From NCBI RefSeq assembly GCF_001194135.2, contig NC_068987.1:84417390-84459998 (forward strand): DNA of 42,609 bases. The letters are read 5' to 3'. The position numbers and the translations under genes are program-made. Shown here in pieces: positions 36,962 to 42,609 of the stretch. Position 1 is the first letter of the stretch. The number at the start of each line of letters is the position of its first letter. Below the pieces are notes generated by a model. It ran no database searches. It saw nothing but the letters and a program-made list of their open reading frames with translations, and had not been told where the DNA came from. This DNA is from Octopus bimaculoides. Its lineage: Eukaryota.

Positions 36962-37163
36962 TTTGGAATGATGGATCTCGAAGCAAAAGAAGCTATAAAA
37001 ATATCTTTATTGCATGAAAAATACTTTGGCAGCACGTGGGATTTGAACTGAAATCTGCTGTAATCACGACAATCTTCGACTTTCTTTCTGAAAGGATTAT
37101 TTAGCCCAATATTTAAAGCTACTATTGATAGCTTTATCTTCCTTCGAGATCCACTGTTCCAAA
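36962..37163. mobile_element. Fold-back MITE-like element
   Basis: Left arm tttggaatgatggatctcgaagcaaaagaagctat versus reverse complement of the right arm tttggaacagtggatctcgaaggaagataaagctat: about 35-bp imperfect TIRs. No clear TSD. Confidence 0.65.
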
Positions 37164-38297
37164 TAAGAATTATTTCATGTTATCTTGATGTCTATAAATC
37201 CTTATTAGGTCAGGAATAGGGCTGTGCTTGTTTGCATGTGTGTATGTCTATACACACACACGCACACACACATACTTATATAATATATATACACACACAT
37301 GTACAAATGTGTATTTCTCATGTATTGTTAATCTTTTCCAGTACATTTGCTTCATTGTTATTTTGATCTTCTCTTACTAATATTCCGTGTATTTTCTTTT
37401 TTCTCTTTTTTCTTCAGTCTTCTGATTTCTCGCTTCTTTTCTTCATTTTTAATTAATTCTCAGAATTTAACACAGAAATTTTAATACGACTCCAATTTAG
37501 CAAGATGCTACATTCTGCCTTATAACAATACAACGGCTATCTCTTCATCTTTTTTAAGAGTATACGTATGAATGCATGAATGTTTCGTGTGGGTGTATTT
37601 GTGAGTTCGTGTGTATATATTTCTTTATATAAGCATATACTTGTAAATCTCTAGACACATACATAAGTATATAAGCGCATGTACTGTGTGTCTAGGGGGG
37701 GGGCGGTATGTTTCTATATGTGTTTTATCAACGAATCTGAAGGACAATTGTATAAACATTTATTTGTGAATGGATCGCTTATCTTTCAGAAGCACGAACG
37801 ACCAGCTTTGTTTTGTAGTAGCTGTTTTTATAACTTTTTTCGTTCAATGTTTCTCTACTAGTCTCCATTAAGCTATCTGTGATCAGTGCATATCATAGAT
37901 TGTATTGTCTTCCAGTAGTTATCTATATAAACTACATATATTTATCTTGAAGTTGTTTTCTCTATGGAAACGATAGTATAAAGGAAGTCATAAACCAAAT
38001 TTTGCCGTTCAGTGTTCCATATTTAATTATCAGCATTTAGAAGTGACAACTCATTTCTCACACTTACTTATAATCATCTATCTAGCGTTCGATCTGTATG
38101 TATGTATGTATGTATGTATGTATCGATGTATGTATGTATATATGTGTATGTGTGTGTACATGCGGGTATGCGTGTAAATGAATCGCGCATATACACTATG
38201 CATAATATATAACATTACATATTTAAATATTTACACGCTCGCGCGCACATGCGCACAGATACATATATCATATACATCTATCTACATGCATATAGGA

Positions 38298-38619
38298 GGC
38301 ATAATGGCCCAGTGAATAGGGCAGCGGACTCGCGGTCGTAGGATCGCGGTTTCGATTTCCAGACCGAGCGTTGTGAGTGTTTATTGAACGAAAACACCTA
38401 AAAGCTCTACGAGGCTCCGGCAGGGGATGGTGGCGAACCTTGCTGTACTCTTCCACCACATCTTTCTCTCACTCGTTCTTCCTGTTTCTGTTGTGCCTGT
38501 AATTCAAAGGGTCAGCCTTGTCACACTGTGTCACGCTGAATATCCCCGAGAACTACGTTAAGGATACACGTGTCTGTGGAGTGCTCAGCCACTTGCAAGT
38601 TACTTTCACGAGCAGGCTG
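38298..38619 (+). mobile_element. tRNA-derived SINE, family C (well preserved, 3' truncated)
   Basis: ggcataatggcccagtgaatagggcagcggactcgcggtcgtaggatcgcggtttcgatttccagacc is a tRNA-like head with A/B boxes. The body is colinear with 27332. Confidence 0.92.
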
Positions 38620-38735
38620 GGTGTGATAGATGAGAAGGATATAACACAATTTCCAATTGCAATATGTTAACTATTTCCGTCACAAGTGAAACTATATAAA
38701 CATTTCTAAATTCTGTAGAAACGAGACTAAATAGT

Positions 38736-39131
38736 GGTTTCAAATATTTCCACAAGGCCAGCAATTATGGGGAAGGGGTTAAGTCGATTACATCGCCCCA
38801 AGTGTGCATCTGTTACTTATTTTATCGACTCCGAAAGGATGAAAGGCAAAGTTGACCTCGGCGGAATTTGAACTCAGATTGTAGCGGCAGATGGAATACC
38901 ACAAAGCATTCCATTCGGTGTACTAAGGATTCTGCCTTGCACGCCGCCTTAACGTGTCTAAATATTTATATCAAATTTTTGCCACAAGGGCAGATTGGGG
39001 GAAGTGGATGATTCGATTACATCAACCTCAGTGTTCAACTGGTATTTATTTTATCAACCCCGAAAGGATGAAAGGCAAAGTCGACCTTGGCGGAATTTGA
39101 ACTCAGGGCAGACGAAATACAACTAAGCATT
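38736..39131 (-). mobile_element. Two tandem SINE family A copies (38736-38948 full; about 38970-39131 lacking the head)
   Basis: Both contain ttttatc(g/a)ac..cgaaaggatgaaaggcaaagt(t/c)gacct(c/t)ggcggaatttgaactcag. Confidence 0.9.
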
Positions 39132-39596
39132 AAATAAGGATAAATATAACCAGGCGAGAAATACTTATACTTAACAGCATTTACATTTCTACTTTGAAAA
39201 GGCAGACACAACTTTTATAAGCATAAACAGGATAACTGGAATTTGTGCCCAAGTCTTTAGACACTAAATATTTAACTAATTAACTTCTCGTTTACATATA
39301 TTTCTGCATTATTGAATCCACTTTTCCAGTGTGTTACGTTATCACTGAATGCGCCATATTCATTGTAAGAGATCTGATAAAAAAAAAAAAAATTGTGACA
39401 GAACTAAAGTTAGCAGAGTGAAGCTGCGTGGCACAGATTGAGCTTTGAACTCTGTTGCGCACGTACACAAGTTATAATGTCGTCACTCACTTCCGGTTGT
39501 TGTTGTTTTTTTATATAGCAGTGCTTGGAAGTAAAGTGTGTAGAGTGTGATCGTATCACCACACCTCAGACGTTGTATCAGTGACTATAACAGAGA

Positions 39597-39693
39597 ATTC
39601 CGGATATCTCGGTTCAGGGAATTACGGCGAAATCTGTCATGACGTTTACAAATACAACGTGTTGGATATCAATGAATATATATATATATATAA

Positions 39694-39731
<38 letters not shown>
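39597..39731 (+). repeat. 135-bp exact direct repeat, copy 1
   Basis: Identical to 40740-40874, including TA and CA run lengths. Confidence 0.96.
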
Positions 39732-39732
<1 letters not shown>

Positions 39733-39789
39733 TGCCTGAATTCGGGTGTGGAAGGAGACACGGTTTGAAGGTTATTATGACCAAGAGCC

Positions 39790-40053
39790 TTTCCAAAATT
39801 CAAATCGCACATGAACAGGATTTCAGAAACAAGATTTCAAGACGTCGAGAAAATCCGAGAGAACGCCACGAGGTAGCAACTCACTATCCGTAAAATGGTA
39901 GTTCCAGGATTGCTTCTATCAATGGAAATGAGGATGGATAAAGTGCGTAGCCTCAGAAGGGAACTACTTCGAACGAGATTAAATGCCAAATTAATGTGTT
40001 GTAGCTTTCTTTTTATAGCACCAGTCCCAACACTTCTTGATCATTCATCGTCT
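39790..40053 (+). mobile_element. Mariner transposase C-terminal remnant with probable 3' TIR
   Basis: FPKFKSHM..RFQDVEKIRENATR*QLTI; FQDCFYQWK*GWIKCVASEGNYFERD* (stop 39980-39982). Followed by TIR-like cagtcccaacacttcttgatcattcatcgtcta. Confidence 0.82.
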
Positions 40054-40133
40054 ATATAAAAATTAGTTAATGCACATGCGTAATACATTTATATACGTAT
40101 AGGTATATGCATTTGTAATTCAGCATACACATA

Positions 40134-40342
40134 CGAAGGGTTGCTGAAAAGTTCCTGCCTCTGGATAAAAGAAAACACAGAAGGATCAGTTTCTTATGAT
40201 TTTATTAAACATATCCCCCTCTCAGATTCACACACTTATTGCAATTTTTTAAAGCCCTGTGAGAGAAATCAGAAGTTTGGTCCTCCCACCAGGCCTTTCA
40301 GTGATACTCTTAGAACCAGGAACTTTTCAGCCCCGCTCCTTG
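40134..40342 (-). mobile_element. Mariner-derived MITE
   Basis: TIR core gctgaaaagttcctg / caggaacttttcagc (15/15), with TA on both sides (40132-33, 40343-44). The interior encodes CNKCVNLRGGYV, a mariner C-terminus. Confidence 0.9.
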
Positions 40343-40739
40343 TATATATATGAATATATACATGTATGCACCTGTTGTTGGAGTGCTTATCACTGCTAAA
40401 GTAAAATCTCCACTGCTGCAGTAGAGTTACATCGCAAAACTCATTGAAACCTTCTTATCTATTATTAAATTTTCAATCCCTTTTTATTTTATGTTAATAT
40501 GCCACACAACATTAATTTAATTGCGTTAGTTTCTCTTTTTATCCTGTATGTTCCTTGTAGAAACTATTCCCTTTTTAACTTTCCCTTTCCTTTACTCTAC
40601 TAAATAAACAATTATTATTTATATTTCACTTTTTCTCTGATACCTTAGTAAAACAACAATTTTCCATACTCTGTGAGTTGAGCGCCATATACCTTTGCTT
40701 TCCAAACTGCATCTATCGGACACTTCGTATAGTTTAAAT

Positions 40740-40836
40740 ATTCCGGATATCTCGGTTCAGGGAATTACGGCGAAATCTGTCATGACGTTTACAAATACAA
40801 CGTGTTGGATATCAATGAATATATATATATATATAA

Positions 40837-40874
<38 letters not shown>
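40740..40874 (+). repeat. 135-bp exact direct repeat, copy 2 (next to a gap)
   Basis: Identical to 39597-39731; ends 28 bp before gap 40903-41578. Confidence 0.96.
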
Positions 40875-40881
<7 letters not shown>

Positions 40882-41772
40882 CATACATATATATATATAT
40901 ATNNNNNNNNNNNNNNNNNNNNNNNNNNNNNNNNNNNNNNNNNNNNNNNNNNNNNNNNNNNNNNNNNNNNNNNNNNNNNNNNNNNNNNNNNNNNNNNNNN
41001 NNNNNNNNNNNNNNNNNNNNNNNNNNNNNNNNNNNNNNNNNNNNNNNNNNNNNNNNNNNNNNNNNNNNNNNNNNNNNNNNNNNNNNNNNNNNNNNNNNNN
41101 NNNNNNNNNNNNNNNNNNNNNNNNNNNNNNNNNNNNNNNNNNNNNNNNNNNNNNNNNNNNNNNNNNNNNNNNNNNNNNNNNNNNNNNNNNNNNNNNNNNN
41201 NNNNNNNNNNNNNNNNNNNNNNNNNNNNNNNNNNNNNNNNNNNNNNNNNNNNNNNNNNNNNNNNNNNNNNNNNNNNNNNNNNNNNNNNNNNNNNNNNNNN
41301 NNNNNNNNNNNNNNNNNNNNNNNNNNNNNNNNNNNNNNNNNNNNNNNNNNNNNNNNNNNNNNNNNNNNNNNNNNNNNNNNNNNNNNNNNNNNNNNNNNNN
41401 NNNNNNNNNNNNNNNNNNNNNNNNNNNNNNNNNNNNNNNNNNNNNNNNNNNNNNNNNNNNNNNNNNNNNNNNNNNNNNNNNNNNNNNNNNNNNNNNNNNN
41501 NNNNNNNNNNNNNNNNNNNNNNNNNNNNNNNNNNNNNNNNNNNNNNNNNNNNNNNNNNNNNNNNNNNNNNNNNNNNNNCTTGTTCGTTCCAGTCTGAGAA
41601 AGAAGAGTTCTAGATAGGGGGAGGTAATTAGGGATTTCTTCCGGTATAGGGGAGATAATCGAAATCTAGGAGGTGGTAGAATTTGATTAACTTACCATGG
41701 TTTTGTTCTATATTTTTTTCCCCTTTTTTCTTTTTTTCCCAGTGGGGTGATGAATTTCCTTATTTAAATGTG

Positions 41773-42609
41773 TTAGCAATGGTTAAGTTTGGGTTTGTAT
41801 TTTTGAACGAAAAATGTTTCCTTATTTAATCTAATCTGTGTTGGTGTTTTAATGGCACATTGATAAAAAGGAAAGATTATAAATTGTGGTAGCATTTGTT
41901 TTGCGCATTTTTCAATATGATCACTAAAAGGTATCATTCGGTATTCTGGGTGTGCAATCTGCTGGCGGTGCAGAGTGCATCTACGTCTGAGCGATAACCC
42001 TGTAGACACTATGTAGTTCTCGTGACAGCCCGAACTTCTTATTACATAAATAAGATTTTCTGAGGCACAAGTAAAGTTGGATTTAACTTTGAATTTGTGT
42101 CCCTCTTTGAAGAGGAATTCTGAACCTTCTAGAATGTTTGGGCATGTTGCACAATTTGGTCGACCACATTTGTTTACTTTCGCATCTGTTGTTTCGGAAA
42201 GTAATTTGCCTTTGTGAGGATCTTTTTCGGTGATTTTGGTTGTCTGTGGCTTTTGATGTTTTTGTGTGTGTGTAAAAGTTCCTTCAATTTGGGATCCTTA
42301 TGTAGCATTGGTATGTTTTGGGTGATGATGGTGAAGGCTTCTTTGTTTCTGAGGTTGTATGTGGATATGTACGGTAGTATTTTCGGGGAATGTGTGTTGC
42401 TGTGTTTAACTTTTCTTAAGTTGTCTATGTTAATTTGTGATGCACGTCTGATTCCTTCCTCTATGAGTTGAACTGGGTAGTGTCTGTCAATTAGTGTGTT
42501 TTTGAGTTCTTGTAGTCTGTAGTCGCTAGTATTTTCTTCTGACACTATTGTGCATATTCTTCTTGCAAGGTTGAAGGGGATGTTTGTCTTGGTGTGTCTT
42601 GGGTGGCAT
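41773..42609 (-). mobile_element. Penelope-like element: RT thumb, Cys-rich linker, GIY-YIG endonuclease (continues beyond the window)
   Basis: CHPRHTKTNIPFNLARRICTIV...; one frameshift near 42190; KCGRPNCATC...NFTCASENLIYVIRSSGCHENYIVSTGLSLRRR...H...H...ETFFVQKYKPKLN, stop at 41773-41775. Confidence 0.93.

Noticed and set aside
39455-39500. Promoter-like cluster (CACTTCCGG ETS site, CGTCA, TGCGCAC)
   Set aside because: Single short motifs expected by chance in 42 kb, with no supported gene or CpG-rich context nearby.
13896-41617. Most long ORFs in the supplied track (poly-IY, HT, ER, SIYL, X-rich)
   Set aside because: They are translations of TA/CA/GA/TATC microsatellites and N gaps with no protein signal.

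Overview
AT-rich (TA/CA/GA/TATC microsatellite-dense) eukaryotic draft-assembly sequence with seven N gaps. The SINE and LINE repertoire looks cephalopod/Octopus-like; this is inference from pattern familiarity, not a database result. No host gene, tRNA, rRNA or CRISPR array could be supported, only one weak candidate exon. The window is a patchwork of decayed transposons: four tRNA-derived SINE families, three RTE-clade LINE remnants, a CR1/L2-like endonuclease remnant, two restriction-like-endonuclease LINE remnants (HERO-like and R4/Dong-like), a Penelope-like RT/GIY-YIG fragment running off the right end, mariner fragments and a mariner MITE, a fold-back MITE, and a Helitron/Helentron-like non-autonomous element. 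The most interesting unexplained layer is RNA structure: five to six hammerhead-ribozyme-like cores in different repeat contexts (best at 24567-24627, minus strand), a 220-bp near-spacerless palindrome at the left edge, and an adjacent 74-nt cloverleaf. Almost all entries in the supplied ORF track are microsatellite or gap artefacts.
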